DNA of 34,694 bases from a virus (IMGVR_UViG_3300048598_000499:1-34694); one strand, 5' to 3'. Counted from the first letter of the stretch, positions 9,501-18,470 are shown. The notes: a model not told the origin generated them from the sequence alone. Numbers and translations are program-made.

Positions 9501-11925
9501 TCGCGGCCTTGCTGTCGCGGCCGAACTGCGCGGCTCCGAGGGTATATTTTCCCTGCCGGGCAAGAGTTTCTTCCTGCGCGCTCTGCTCCGCGGTCTTCGT
9601 GTCCGTGAACATGCGGCCGCCCTGGAACACGCTGCCGACGTAATCCGTGACGCTCATTCCTTTCTTGTTCGCTGCCGCGGCAGTGAGCGCTACGGCGGCG
9701 GCGCGCTGCTTGGCGTCGAGCTTCGGCATCCAGCGCTCAAAATCGGACGCAAGCCGTATGCGGGTTCTTGTGTCCTCGGCCGATGACGCGTCGGTAAAAT
9801 AATTCAGCCCCGCAGACTTTCCCTGCGGGTTGTGCTCCGTGATGCTCTTCTTGAGCGCGATATTCGTCTCCTGCTGCGGATCCCACGCGATGTTCTCTCC
9901 GGCGTGGTCCGCCGCAAAGTCCTGGAAGAACTCCTCCGCGATGTTCCCGCGTCCCGGAGTCATGCGGAAGCTGTTAATGGTGACATTCTTTCCGTCGTCG
10001 GTAAAATCGATGTATCCGTAACGGTTTCCGCCTTCCTCGAGCGAGTGCGCGCGCGTCGGGTCTCCTGCGAGGAACCGGCCGCTCACCGATTCGTCCCCGT
10101 CTCCTGACACCGACTGGTCAAGCTCGGTGTGCAGGCTGCCGTTTTCATCACGGTACTCAGTGCCCTTCGCAACGCGGTCTCCCGTCTCGTCGGCCGGAGA
10201 AGCCTCGGCGCCTTCCTCAAGATCGCGGCTCTCCGCGATGTCCGCCTCGCGCGAGGCGGCGCTTCTCCCGCGGGCGCTCTCCGCGTTCTTCCATGCGTCC
10301 CTGAGCGTCTGGGGCCGCTCGCTCTCCTTTATGCCTGCAAGCGCCGGATTGTCCATGTTGGTTTTGACATAGTCCTCCTCGCTGTAGTTCTCCTCCGCGT
10401 TCTTCCGCAGCTTCTGTATCGACTTGAGATCGTTGGATATCCTGAGCCCCTGGCTTACGGCGCCGAGTCCGATTGCTCCGAGCACGCCGCCCTTGTACTG
10501 CTCGAACGCGCGCTTAAGCACGTCCTCCGGCACTTCGATGTCCTCTCCGGTAAGATTCTTCGCCGCGTAGTACGATCCGTCCGATATGATCGACTGCAGG
10601 AATTCCTCGGCGCCTTCCTCGTTCCAGTCAAGGAACGAGTCGGTGATGAACTTTCCTGCCGAAGCCGCAGCGGTGCGGAATCCCGCGCCCTTGAACAGCA
10701 TGTTCTGAGCGGTCTTCTCTGATATCCTCTGCACAAGCGCGGAATCCTTGAGAGCCTTGAATATCCGGTCTCGGGCAGCCTGTCCGAGCGACTTGCCGGC
10801 CGCGTCACCGAGCGCATGCTTGAGCGTCTGTCCTGTCCATTCCGACACGGTGCCGAGGCCTGTCTCGACAACTGCCTGCAGCGCGCCGCTCACGTTGCTC
10901 ATTACACCGGCTGTATCCCTGCTCATCCCGGCGCGCCTCATGTCGATGTACTCGCTTCCGCGCGTGAGCGCGTACGAGGATACAAAATTTCCGAGCGCGG
11001 CGCCTGCCTGCGGAGCTCCCACAAGAGACCCTGCGGCGCCTCCGGCAATGCCTGACGCGCTTCCTATAAGCGTGTAGAGCAGGGACTGGTTCCCCGCCTC
11101 AAGCGCGCGGACGGCAAGGTTCCGCGGCATGCTGTCGGCAAGAACCGCGTTCTGCGCCTCGACGGCATCTATCTGCTTCCATACAGCGGCTGCCTCGTCG
11201 GTGTTTCCGTTGCGCTCAGCCTGTGATAGCCGCTCTCCGAGTCCGTTGAGCTTCGTGGTGTTCCTCGATATCACGAGCGCGTCGGTGACTCCCTTGTACC
11301 AAGTTTTCGGGTTGTCCCCGTTGTCGCCGAACATCGCACGGTTGTACTTCTCCACATTCCCGAACGCAGTCTGCGGGTCGACCCCGAGCATGCGCGAGTA
11401 TGCGAGGGCCGCCGCCGCGCGGTATCCGCCTGCCTTCGCAGCCTCCATGTCGTCCGTTTCTCCCGCGCAGCGTCTCATGTAGTCGGTGACAACCTCAGCT
11501 TCCTCGCCTGACAGGTCAAGCCCGTACTCATCGCGGCGCGCCTGGCCGTCCGCCTTGATCTTCTCCGCCTCCGCCTGCTGCTTTTCCCAGAACGTGCCGC
11601 CCTGCGCAGGCTGCGGTTTGTCACCGCCTGCAGGCGCAGGAGCCGCGGAGGAAGGATTTAAGCCCTGCGGCTTCTTCTTATGCAAGGCGGCGTATGCGTC
11701 GCTCTCGAAGTAAGGTTTCTCGCCGCTCTCGCTTGAGGTAGGACTGAGCGGCGACTGCGCAGCGGGATTCTGAGGCTGCTCAGCCTGGTATTCCGGCTGT
11801 TCCTGCGGCGCGGATGCCGCTCCGGTGAACTGCAGCGGACGGACTTCCTGCAGCGTCTGAGCGCTGCCTTCAGTCCCGCTGCTGCTGTCATTATTAATTT
11901 TTGCTATATCGTTGAATGCATCCAT
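3526..11925 (-). CDS. Giant internal virion/ejection protein of large polyvalent type (two zincin HExxH motifs, LPD3-like and LPD23-like domains)
   Basis: 2799 aa in the third ejection-protein slot. Motifs: TFAHEMGH (9448-9462), LIHELQHAVQHIEGFAKGG..GEVEAR (7579-7593), RLATGWERGADGKLRYEI (~8076-8130, LPD23-like), and an LPD3-like segment at ~8270-8800. Confidence 0.8.
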   Translation of the reverse strand: MDAFNDIAKINNDSSSGTEGSAQTLQEVRPLQFTGAASAPQEQPEYQAEQPQNPAAQSPLSPTSSESGEKPYFESDAYAALHKKKPQGLNPSSAAPAPAGGDKPQPAQGGTFWEKQQAEAEKIKADGQARRDEYGLDLSGEEAEVVTDYMRRCAGETDDMEAAKAGGYRAAAALAYSRMLGVDPQTAFGNVEKYNRAMFGDNGDNPKTWYKGVTDALVISRNTTKLNGLGERLSQAERNGNTDEAAAVWKQIDAVEAQNAVLADSMPRNLAVRALEAGNQSLLYTLIGSASGIAGGAAGSLVGAPQAGAALGNFVSSYALTRGSEYIDMRRAGMSRDTAGVMSNVSGALQAVVETGLGTVSEWTGQTLKHALGDAAGKSLGQAARDRIFKALKDSALVQRISEKTAQNMLFKGAGFRTAAASAGKFITDSFLDWNEEGAEEFLQSIISDGSYYAAKNLTGEDIEVPEDVLKRAFEQYKGGVLGAIGLGAVSQGLRISNDLKSIQKLRKNAEENYSEEDYVKTNMDNPALAGIKESERPQTLRDAWKNAESARGRSAASREADIAESRDLEEGAEASPADETGDRVAKGTEYRDENGSLHTELDQSVSGDGDESVSGRFLAGDPTRAHSLEEGGNRYGYIDFTDDGKNVTINSFRMTPGRGNIAEEFFQDFAADHAGENIAWDPQQETNIALKKSITEHNPQGKSAGLNYFTDASSAEDTRTRIRLASDFERWMPKLDAKQRAAAVALTAAAANKKGMSVTDYVGSVFQGGRMFTDTKTAEQSAQEETLARQGKYTLGAAQFGRDSKAAIYVTEHSDFNTFAHEMGHIFMHNMDEEELAQASEALGGSEWDTEAQEKFADGFVDYLRTGKAPSEGLKELFRRAAEYIAGVMRGFQGHVDINPQLKAVYDSLLADDGTGLAQAERAVQAAQKRKGSRESFNEENKARTAQEDTVNDDGRKQGTGKSAETGHGEGAGKEKPGDAGREAGGSKAGYTESGSAQQEFDSGDEADRVIGDPHATAAEKTAAAMDAAEHKRADIYLNNDYDKAVTLSGSNAFVINKNDYTELPIEQLRMKAKSVYSSLNPVATRDGKVIVFSRRGFKEVKNHSSKRILLEVIPQLRELVSNALFLFDENPTHYTAADTKKFFNYGIKITKDGNESILRILIREGNDGTFYYDMQNTDIADIRKGLNDSYVGGTNTGSESTSLSKDKIYQWLKSVKLFHPELLFQIVGRAGAETLDRAEDKTVRIDSLVTAEEMEESGKDAKSVRLATGWERGADGKLRYEIPDLEIRKDASPASKTAEIFGEKQSYRSIKVKDLVDDKGGLLKAYPQIADYDVILQTTDGDTHGEFDASDKTIIMDESLFRSISPAYEQSEKQIEETDEWKKWTAAYNDESGTEEEQEKRIDSADRTFYATDAGKEYIKLNSRSTQRTVFSPTPEARSVLIHELQHAVQHIEGFAKGGTPAVEKLGDEYGHEERLKQYRNLSGEVEARNTQNRIHMSHEERVRRLLAETEDTERERQTILFQTEDELMRDAASFGSWQEWKDYLNTMFDGSADSIVPEAADDAWYETAWSKARKIEEQKTYSDGNAEKGTAAEKPQAAADADGTDRQWYAMMQEPGKLDEFLKLAGNIMFGSLRQPQDADEAAEMQSRQALKERGFTELKHGTWQTSLYKAYRNQNESDTGITDRQRKTLMTLMNRAKRDYRALYADITGSNEWKVAQNDTSSHRLAVRIASPEEEVEALTPEQRRAVADRLDFEDLKKELRSGKMQMSMDNLSRLTEGYDLEIAGLQKHYDDLMSEKTDSEAQLLKRNAALEKAKEDITAAQKARSQLEGVRDIKLRLIKNVMHKVDFKSVDYTAGRKIIAVQSLFSPVLRSMVNRFIDIEGPYLREAYSRYRTDFDYREKLKTIAEAARSRNLRRVLEIFDTKQYDKWTDEEKSLAARSLPRTDWIEQLNLDKLEKDREGSLQLDLQSEEVQRLLKDTLPADQLALLTRKNLKLWTLEEMEGLTDTVNALFREGRQALKVKQEARIEQAERARADIEGALKSSGIVINPDDTPEEKERKQRDKEKFREKMLPKILGTGSPTKGTLAASAQRQGMFRRILTGYGDANIRRVARMLDGGTEGVNTTQLYYREDECFNAEQRAINKRTEKISEAMKKNGVSIGDLYKKIDVDMGDGRQSYTVDELLFFEAASKDPQSRMAVACGNMYDETVKSLYRGSPKLQSDYERRAEYKFSQALAAAKALPDSVRALMAAIQQDYAEQFDRMNEVSINEFNAPVWRVSNYVPLIRLESSGDTNANRVKEDLLGSASGTGTAGNYVGKGMTQKRIEISPANQKPVETGLYSTWADSVQRTEHFVAYAQYVRDLNRIYMSRDAGAMRQLMTNRYGDAVYPYLDNYIKEVANPDAGAAKSELDRVIHMLRGRTAPAYLAWKTSSIVKQFCTSPWPYMQYVSPMKYTAAALDFARNPDIRDVIKSKSAFMNSRVFDPMVDLVNEQKEKASNPASHALTSFEALGMKGLEWVDWICVAPGWLAVYRDEHARLSSESEQQKLVDAKKKDLMKYEDVKGMDWIDGEAESARLGEDEIERLAVRKADDATRMCQPSSRLADLSPMFKQRGPGSEASRVLLQFTTSLNVIWQNLRYDVPNAVKQRQMQQVVGCIAGYVLAGIASGLVTQGLGGGGDDDDKKAAELLSYGLSQFSDSVPVVGSLVTSTVDGLLTGRWPYGQGMSDMLPITGKAMNGIMKASKGDWDKAASNFAQALALGAGLPVSGAKEALLAAGIGGGDGEEGFHPEAFIGRR

Positions 11926-14000
11926 TATTTTAATCCTCTGTTGTACATAGGCTGTTTTTTATGATCGAGATACAGCTTCGCGCGCATCTCCTTCTCTGCA
12001 GGCCTCATTCTCTGCCAGTCCGTATCGGACAGTTTCCCCTCCGGATCGTGCGGATTCTGGACAAGCGCCTTCCATTCCCTGTCACGGGCTTCGTCCGCCG
12101 CGCGCTTTGCCGCCTGCTCGTCGGCCTTCGCCTTGTTCTTTTTCATACTTTCTTCGCCATCAACGGTTGCCCCGGTATCAGTCCAGCCGCTGCCGGTCTT
12201 CTCCATGAGGTGGACCTTCTTGTCTTTTTTAACCGCGCTTATCTTGAACTGCCGCTGCCTGTCAGTTCCGCCGTCGACGGTGATGATGTCCGCCGCGTCA
12301 ACGTCGTTCCCAGCCTCGGTCGTCTCGCGCTGACCGGAGATTCTGCTGCCTGCCTCTTCCTCCGGTATGCCGAGATACTGCTGCACCGCAAGTCCTCCCA
12401 TGCGGTTGACATAGCTGATTGCCTCCGCCGCTTTTCCGCTGGCCGTGAGCGGAACGGAAAGATTCGTGCTGCCTCTCATGTCCGTCCACATCATGTCCGG
12501 ATTCTGCATGGCGGCCGCAGCGCGGTAGAACGCGCCTGAGCTGCTGTTGAGCTTCGCCGCGCCGGCAAGAATGTCCCCGAGCTCCTTTCCGGTCATGAGA
12601 GAGTCAAAATTTTTGATTCTTTCTGTGAATGCCTTCATTGCCGCGGGATCATTGGCCAGAGCTGAAATGTTCGTCTCGGAGAAAAGCTGCGTGAGCCATT
12701 CCGTCTTCTTGTCCTTGTAGCCCTGCGCGTTGTCTTTATACGCTTTCGGGACGGACTCGTTTTTGAGCGACTTAATGGCGCTGGCAGCCTCGGCATAGAC
12801 AGGAATTTTCGCAAGGTAGTCCTCAACTTTGCCGACGTAGTATTCCTGTATCTTCGGCCACTCGAAATTGAACTCCTCGTCCGAGCTGTACAGGTTCGTC
12901 TGCAGATACTGCTTGAGCCCTGTCTGGGCGTCGAGCGGATTCTTCATGCCGCGCGCGTACTGGTTGTCCGTTCCGTTTACGCCCGCGTTCGCGAAGTAGT
13001 CCGCTATCTTCTCAGCTTTGGACGACGGGTCTCCTCCGGAAGCCTTGTCCCGGATTTCCTCAAGCCGCTTGATGAGAGAGTTCTTCTGCTGGTCGTTGAG
13101 CGATATGCTCCGGTAACTCTGTATGTTCGCAATCTCTTTGTTTATTGAAGACGGAAAAAAAAGCCGCGCCTCGCTGCTTCTCATCGGGTTGGAGTCGTGC
13201 ATCCACGCCTCTTCTATTCCGCTTACGGTGTTGTCCTCGGTGCCGTAGTTCTTCTGCTGCAGCTCGTACGTCTTGTTGTGCGCGTACTCCTTGGCAGCCT
13301 CTATCTGCTCCTTTTTGTTCATGCCCGCGGCGCCTATCCTCATGACGTGGCCGGAGGCGTCCTGCGTCTGCAGGTATGTGTCAGGCAGGTTCTTCAGTTC
13401 ATTCTTGAGCTCGTCCTCTGTCTTTGCCCCTCCGGACAGCAGACGCGAGTCGGCGTACTGCCTGTAACGGTCCTCTGTCCACTTGGCGCTTTCCTCGTTG
13501 TAGTACTGGTCAAGCCGCGCAGAGTCCCACCCCTGGCTCTGCTGGGCGGCGAGCCCTGTCTTCGCTATTTCCTGCAGCCGTATCTCGTTGGCGGGCATCT
13601 GCCGTATCATCTGGGTCGTGTCGTCGGTGTCCTGCGCGAGAGTCTTCTGCTGGTGGTAGACCCGGGCCTCGCGGATAGCCTCCTGCTGTCCTGTCTGCGC
13701 GTTGTCGTACATCTGCGCGATCTGGTCCTGCTCATACCGGTTGTTTCCGCGCATGACGGCTCCGTCGCGCATATTCTGGTACTGCGCTTCCCATTCCGTG
13801 CCCCATTCCTCCGGCGTCTTGCCCGTCGCGCCCTGCTGGATGTCCGAAAGATACTTGGCGAACTCTGTCTTCTGCAGCACTTCCTCGCGCTGCAGCTTCA
13901 CAGCCGCCTCTTTTTTTTTCTGGTCGGACATGATGCCGAGCATGGTGTCCGAAAAACCTGAAACAGCGGCGAATGCCCCTGAAGCTCCTGTGTGCTGCAT
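11925..14000 (-). CDS. Internal virion/ejection protein (T7 gp15-like position)
   Basis: AAGGAG RBS before ATG at 14000 (the ORF track start at 14144 overlaps the upstream gene). Helical, Q/E/K-rich, 691 aa; assigned by synteny. Confidence 0.65.
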   Translation of the reverse strand: MQHTGASGAFAAVSGFSDTMLGIMSDQKKKEAAVKLQREEVLQKTEFAKYLSDIQQGATGKTPEEWGTEWEAQYQNMRDGAVMRGNNRYEQDQIAQMYDNAQTGQQEAIREARVYHQQKTLAQDTDDTTQMIRQMPANEIRLQEIAKTGLAAQQSQGWDSARLDQYYNEESAKWTEDRYRQYADSRLLSGGAKTEDELKNELKNLPDTYLQTQDASGHVMRIGAAGMNKKEQIEAAKEYAHNKTYELQQKNYGTEDNTVSGIEEAWMHDSNPMRSSEARLFFPSSINKEIANIQSYRSISLNDQQKNSLIKRLEEIRDKASGGDPSSKAEKIADYFANAGVNGTDNQYARGMKNPLDAQTGLKQYLQTNLYSSDEEFNFEWPKIQEYYVGKVEDYLAKIPVYAEAASAIKSLKNESVPKAYKDNAQGYKDKKTEWLTQLFSETNISALANDPAAMKAFTERIKNFDSLMTGKELGDILAGAAKLNSSSGAFYRAAAAMQNPDMMWTDMRGSTNLSVPLTASGKAAEAISYVNRMGGLAVQQYLGIPEEEAGSRISGQRETTEAGNDVDAADIITVDGGTDRQRQFKISAVKKDKKVHLMEKTGSGWTDTGATVDGEESMKKNKAKADEQAAKRAADEARDREWKALVQNPHDPEGKLSDTDWQRMRPAEKEMRAKLYLDHKKQPMYNRGLK

Positions 14001-14023
14001 ATGTATGCTCCTTTGCGTTATTT

Positions 14024-14842
14024 TTATGCCGAAGCGGACGACGTTGCGGACGCGCCGCTCAGCTGGCTGTAGTACTGGTAGAACGAATATCCTGTCTGGG
14101 CGCCCAGATTTCCGCCGCCGAACCATGATGACACGTAGTCCCACCCGTTCGGGGTAGCATCATCTATAGCATGCTCGTATGATTTATCAGACCAGTACTT
14201 GGCGTTCGCCACGTTATAGAGGTCGTTCAGGTACAGCAGCCGCTTCGTTCCGCCTGCCTCATATGACGATCTGAGATCGTAGGCGTTTGTGCGCGCGGAC
14301 TGAAGCGTACTCTGGCTGCCGAGAAATGACAGGTAGCTTTTTTCGAGGCTGTTCTGGTTCGTGGCATCCTGGATTTTCATCGAACGCTCAAGAGCACCGT
14401 TAGTGTACTCAGCGTTCTGCGCGGCCGCCTGGGTGTTGCTTCCTCCGGCCCTGACTCCGCTTGCTGTCACAGCCGCCTCGTCGGCCGACTCTGACAGCCC
14501 GTCCGATCTGTGCGACGCCCTGTTCTGCTCCGCCTGGCTCTGCATGCCCAGCCCGAGATCCGAGAGAGCCGTATTGTATGACGACTCAAGGCTTGTCTCC
14601 GCCACGCCCGTCTGCGCGTCTGTTTCATCGGCGGATTTGGCCGCGTCAGCCTTTCCGGTTGAGAACTCGAGCTGGTCCGTATCCCACTGCCGCTCAGCCG
14701 CGGCATCGCTTGCCTTCTGCTGCTGCCGCAGATCATTTCTTTCCTTCAGCCCGTTCTGATAGGTGTCGTACACCGAAGCGACGCTTCCCGCGACACTCAT
14801 GGCTATGCCTACTATAAGACCGACAATCGCTGCTGTTGCCAT
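14024..14842 (-). CDS. Internal virion/ejection protein (T7 gp14-like position)
   Basis: Hydrophobic N-terminus MATAAIVGLIVGIAMSVAG, Ala/Gln/Ser-rich, AASGV-like motif (VTASGVRAGGS); assigned by synteny. Confidence 0.7.
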   Translation of the reverse strand: MATAAIVGLIVGIAMSVAGSVASVYDTYQNGLKERNDLRQQQKASDAAAERQWDTDQLEFSTGKADAAKSADETDAQTGVAETSLESSYNTALSDLGLGMQSQAEQNRASHRSDGLSESADEAAVTASGVRAGGSNTQAAAQNAEYTNGALERSMKIQDATNQNSLEKSYLSFLGSQSTLQSARTNAYDLRSSYEAGGTKRLLYLNDLYNVANAKYWSDKSYEHAIDDATPNGWDYVSSWFGGGNLGAQTGYSFYQYYSQLSGASATSSASA

Positions 14843-14855
14843 AAAAGCTCCTTCC

Positions 14856-17162
14856 TTACTCGCTCAGCTCGGCGTTAACTGCCAGCACCGTGAGCGGCCG
14901 CGGCTCAATCATCTCAATACGGAAAAATGCGTCGCACGCGCTGTTTCCCGGGAACGCCGACTGATAGACACCTGAGTACGGCACCTGCTCAAGCGGAACA
15001 ACCTCAGGAGTTCCGCCGTCGGCGGCCGCGTAAAGCGTCGGCGCATACGAATCGATCAGGCGTATATCAAGCATGGATATTCTTTTCTTGGCGTTCGCCT
15101 CGTTTGTCACGACAGGCATGCTTGCCATCACGCTGGCGTACGCATAGCCGATGTACACGGTGTCCCCTGGCGCGATGAATCCCTCCGCGAGCGCGGAGAG
15201 CAGGCACTGCGTGCCCTGCGTTGCGTTGAAAAGCACCGCGTTTCCTGCGGCGTATGCGGACGTGGCAGCCGCATCGTATACGCTCCACCGGTCAAGATAG
15301 ACCGTTCCGTCCGGATCAAGCTTCTCGAGGTATGTATGCCCTGCGCCGTCGTCAACAGCGAAATAAACAAGGTCGTTCCCGCTTCCGTCATTGACGACAG
15401 CGCAGCTTCTGATGCTTCCGCTGCCCAGCGCCGTCCGCGACCATGCCATGACTCCGTTCTCCTTCTCGTACAGCATGACGGCGGCCGATCCGTCAGTCCG
15501 TGTCGCTATGATCCGCGAGTACGGGCAGTTCGTGTAGTCGAAATCAAGAACAGACGACTCGGACAGCATCTCGGGCGAGAGCATGGCAATGTTGTTAGCC
15601 CGGAAGGCCTCCTCGTCAGAGTTGTAGTAGTATTCCTGCACGCTGCGGCACCCTTCCTGGAAGAAAATGACTGCGCCGCCGACCATAGTCGCCTGCAGGT
15701 CTCCCGATCCGTGCCTGCTGTTCGCGTGCAGGCTCAGGCTCACAGCGGTCGCGCCCGCGTCGAGCACGAACTCCGTGCTCTCGCATCCGATGATGAGCGC
15801 GGTCTTGCCGCACATCCACTGCACCGGGTCGTTCCGGTCGCTTGCCGGCTGGAATGATATGGCGCTTGAGGCGCCCGTCTGCTCGTCAACGGCCATCGTG
15901 TACTCGAGGTCGTCAGCGGAAGCGTTGCCCGCGTCCTTCCAAAGCTGCATGCTCATCTCTCCGCGGCTTACAGTCGCGCCCGCAGCATGGTCCATGACAA
16001 GGCACAGGTCGCCCGCCTTGATGCTGTCCATTGCGAACACTTCCTTAAATTTGCCCGCAAGATACGAGACGTCCGTGCCTGCCTTCTCAGCCTCGGTCAC
16101 GGTATGGAATTCAACCGCCTTTGTTCCGACCGGTATGTTGTCTCCCGTTATGTAATAGTCAGACAGAGTTTTTCCTGACAGCAGCGACGCGGACATATCC
16201 TGCGAGAGTCCTGTGAGTATGTATCCGCCGTTCGCAGGAGTTACCGTCTCCGACGTCGTTGTCGATGTTCCGTTCTCAATGGTCGCGCTGTCGCCGTTGT
16301 CCGAATAGACTGTCTTGGAGACAGTGACGTCAGCGGTGAACACGTGCAGATCCTGAGTCTTGTACTGCTTGGAGACGGTAATGTAGACGGTCTCAGGCGA
16401 GAAAGAGCTGTAGTTGTCAGCATATTTCCCGGTTTCCGCGTCGTACCGGAGCTCTGCGCTTGACGCCCACACGCCCTGCGGATTGTTCTCTGTCGACGCG
16501 AGCCACATGCGCCCCTGCCAGAACGTGATGCAGCCCGGAAGGTTTCCTGTCGTACGGAAAGTCGTTGTGTCCGCCGTTATATCGCCAAGCGCGCTGTCCG
16601 TTCCGTCGTTTCCGACGCCGCTTTTGAATTTGAAAGTTGAGGCGTCAAGCACACCGTATATGTCTGTTACCGAATACGACGGCACGAACGTGAAGCTCAT
16701 CTGAGAGCACGTCAGCGAGTTGTCTCCGGTGAACTCGACGCACACCGGCTTCATCCTGCGGTGCACGAATATTATCTTGTTGTATGCCTGCGCGTACTGC
16801 ATCTCTCTTATTTCCGCAAGCGAAAGATACGCGCCTGTCTCCGCGTCCGTGAAAAAAGACCCGAAGTCCGCGGGCGCGCCGGTGGATGCAAGCTTAAAAA
16901 GCGTCTCGTTGCGGTAGATGTTGCAGAACCCGCTGCCGATGACGAACATCCATGACAGCGACGAGTTCACGCCGAACGGTATGAGCCTGCATGCTGCCGG
17001 AAGCTGCGCGACAAATTTTGTGCCGCTGCGGCGCCTTATTCCGCCTGTCGGTATGACGTCGAAATTCTGCAGCTTCGACGCTCCCTGAAAATACTGCTGT
17101 ATGTCGGTTCGTCCGAACAGAGTGCGCGACAGCTCGCCGCTTGCAAAATTGGTGAAAAGCAT
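14856..17162 (-). CDS. Tail tubular protein B / nozzle (T7 gp12, P22 gp10-like)
   Basis: Characteristic N-terminus TNFASGELSRTLFGRTD..NFDVIPTGGIRRRSGT and C-terminal PRPLTVLAV; 768 aa. Confidence 0.85.
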   Translation of the reverse strand: MLFTNFASGELSRTLFGRTDIQQYFQGASKLQNFDVIPTGGIRRRSGTKFVAQLPAACRLIPFGVNSSLSWMFVIGSGFCNIYRNETLFKLASTGAPADFGSFFTDAETGAYLSLAEIREMQYAQAYNKIIFVHRRMKPVCVEFTGDNSLTCSQMSFTFVPSYSVTDIYGVLDASTFKFKSGVGNDGTDSALGDITADTTTFRTTGNLPGCITFWQGRMWLASTENNPQGVWASSAELRYDAETGKYADNYSSFSPETVYITVSKQYKTQDLHVFTADVTVSKTVYSDNGDSATIENGTSTTTSETVTPANGGYILTGLSQDMSASLLSGKTLSDYYITGDNIPVGTKAVEFHTVTEAEKAGTDVSYLAGKFKEVFAMDSIKAGDLCLVMDHAAGATVSRGEMSMQLWKDAGNASADDLEYTMAVDEQTGASSAISFQPASDRNDPVQWMCGKTALIIGCESTEFVLDAGATAVSLSLHANSRHGSGDLQATMVGGAVIFFQEGCRSVQEYYYNSDEEAFRANNIAMLSPEMLSESSVLDFDYTNCPYSRIIATRTDGSAAVMLYEKENGVMAWSRTALGSGSIRSCAVVNDGSGNDLVYFAVDDGAGHTYLEKLDPDGTVYLDRWSVYDAAATSAYAAGNAVLFNATQGTQCLLSALAEGFIAPGDTVYIGYAYASVMASMPVVTNEANAKKRISMLDIRLIDSYAPTLYAAADGGTPEVVPLEQVPYSGVYQSAFPGNSACDAFFRIEMIEPRPLTVLAVNAELSE

Positions 17163-17812
17163 CAGACACCCCCCGTCATCACAGATTCAGTCCAGTATTC
17201 CTCTCCGGTCACCGCGCTGACTCCCTGGTTTCTTGTGGCGGCCACCGCGCGTGTTCTTCTGTCCTCGGACTCCTGGTACAGCCTGAGGAACACGCTGTTC
17301 TTTCCTGTGTCTTTGTATGCGATTTTTGCCGCAAGGCATACCTCGATGTACTGCGCGAAAGCGTCCTCGAAGGACGGCATGTCGTATTCCGGTATGTCCT
17401 CGGCCGTATATCCTGCCGCGGACGTCTTCGCGAGAAGCTCCGCGGCTGTCAGTTTTCCGTTGGTAATATATATTAGGATTGCATCCTCTCCGTCCGTGTA
17501 GAGCCTGCCGCCTTCCTGTATCCATGCGGATCCGTCGCGGAGCGCGACAGGCCGCTGGCAGTCTTCCGGAAGCGTGTAGCAGCATCCGTAGTCTGTAAGG
17601 TTCTCCGACTCCGTATCCCGTGCAAGCGCGGCTCTTTTCTTGGCGAACGTCCAGTCCACGTCGTCGAGAGCTTCCTTAATGGTTGAAAGATAGAAATCCG
17701 TAACAGAGCGGACTCTTGCGCTTGAGCTTCCCTGGTTCCATTCCGCCGTGCTCATTCTTTCCTGCCCGCATCGTGCGAGAGCGCGGCTCGCTATGTTCCT
17801 GTCAATGTTCAC
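17162..17812 (-). CDS. Tail tubular protein A / adaptor (T7 gp11-like)
   Basis: GGAGGA RBS plus GTG at 17812. Motifs IASRALARCG, WTFAKKRAAL, YTLPEDC and F..YIEVCLAAKIA. Confidence 0.85.
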   Translation of the reverse strand: MNIDRNIASRALARCGQERMSTAEWNQGSSSARVRSVTDFYLSTIKEALDDVDWTFAKKRAALARDTESENLTDYGCCYTLPEDCQRPVALRDGSAWIQEGGRLYTDGEDAILIYITNGKLTAAELLAKTSAAGYTAEDIPEYDMPSFEDAFAQYIEVCLAAKIAYKDTGKNSVFLRLYQESEDRRTRAVAATRNQGVSAVTGEEYWTESVMTGGV

Positions 17813-17833
17813 GGATTGTCCTCCTGCTGCGCC

Positions 17834-17860
17834 AAAATGCCGGGGCGAGCGCCCCGGCAT
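17834..17860 (-). terminator. Hairpin/terminator after the capsid module
   Basis: Perfect 10-bp stem ATGCCGGGGC-GCTC-GCCCCGGCAT followed by a short T run. Confidence 0.6.
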
Positions 17861-17865
17861 CCGAA

Positions 17866-18060
17866 CTATTTGTTTTTCTTTGCGGCGTCATCGGCGGCTT
17901 TCTTTGCAGCCTCTTCCTCAGCCTTTTTCTTTGCGGCGTCATCAGCGGCGGCCGCGAAATATTCCGGCACCTGCGCGTCAGTCGTGAGCTTGTCGCCCTC
18001 GCCGTAGTAGCGGCCGCCGAACGTGCACGCGCGGACGCACTTGTATGTCCTGCCCGCCAT
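17866..18060 (-). CDS. Small head-associated protein with a K/A/E-rich tail
   Basis: 64 aa, tightly packed after the cement gene; AADDAAKK is repeated. Confidence 0.7.
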   Translation of the reverse strand: MAGRTYKCVRACTFGGRYYGEGDKLTTDAQVPEYFAAAADDAAKKKAEEEAAKKAADDAAKKNK

Positions 18061-18063
18061 GCA

Positions 18064-18450
18064 TCACACTCCTATCGCTGTGTTGAGCAGCGCTTCGAAT
18101 GTTCCTGCTGTGAATGTTCCCGTGGGAACAACCAGAATGCGGAACTGCTTGTAATCCTCAGCCGTCTCCGGTATGGTGATTGACGCGCATCTCTTGCCGT
18201 CAGCGGCCTTGAGGCTTGCAAGCGCGATGCTGCCGGTTGCCGCAAGGTCAGTCCACGATGATCCGTCCGCGCTGCCCTGCAACTTGAACACGGCGCTTGT
18301 GCCGCCTGCCGCGTCGGTGCGCGCAAAAAGATCTACCTTGTAGTTTTCGAGAACATCACCGTCGTGCGCGAGAATGTTTGCGCCCGTGTACGGGCTTGTT
18401 ACGAGAGAGACGGCACCAAAGCTGTTCAGCGCGTCATACGTCATTTTCAT
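18064..18450 (-). CDS. Capsid cement/decoration protein (Bbp16-like)
   Basis: 128-aa beta-rich protein right after the capsid gene. Motifs AAGGTSAVFKLQGSADGSSW and GTFTAGTFEALL. Confidence 0.75.
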   Translation of the reverse strand: MKMTYDALNSFGAVSLVTSPYTGANILAHDGDVLENYKVDLFARTDAAGGTSAVFKLQGSADGSSWTDLAATGSIALASLKAADGKRCASITIPETAEDYKQFRILVVPTGTFTAGTFEALLNTAIGV

Positions 18451-18470
18451 TTTCTTGCTCCTTCGCGTCG

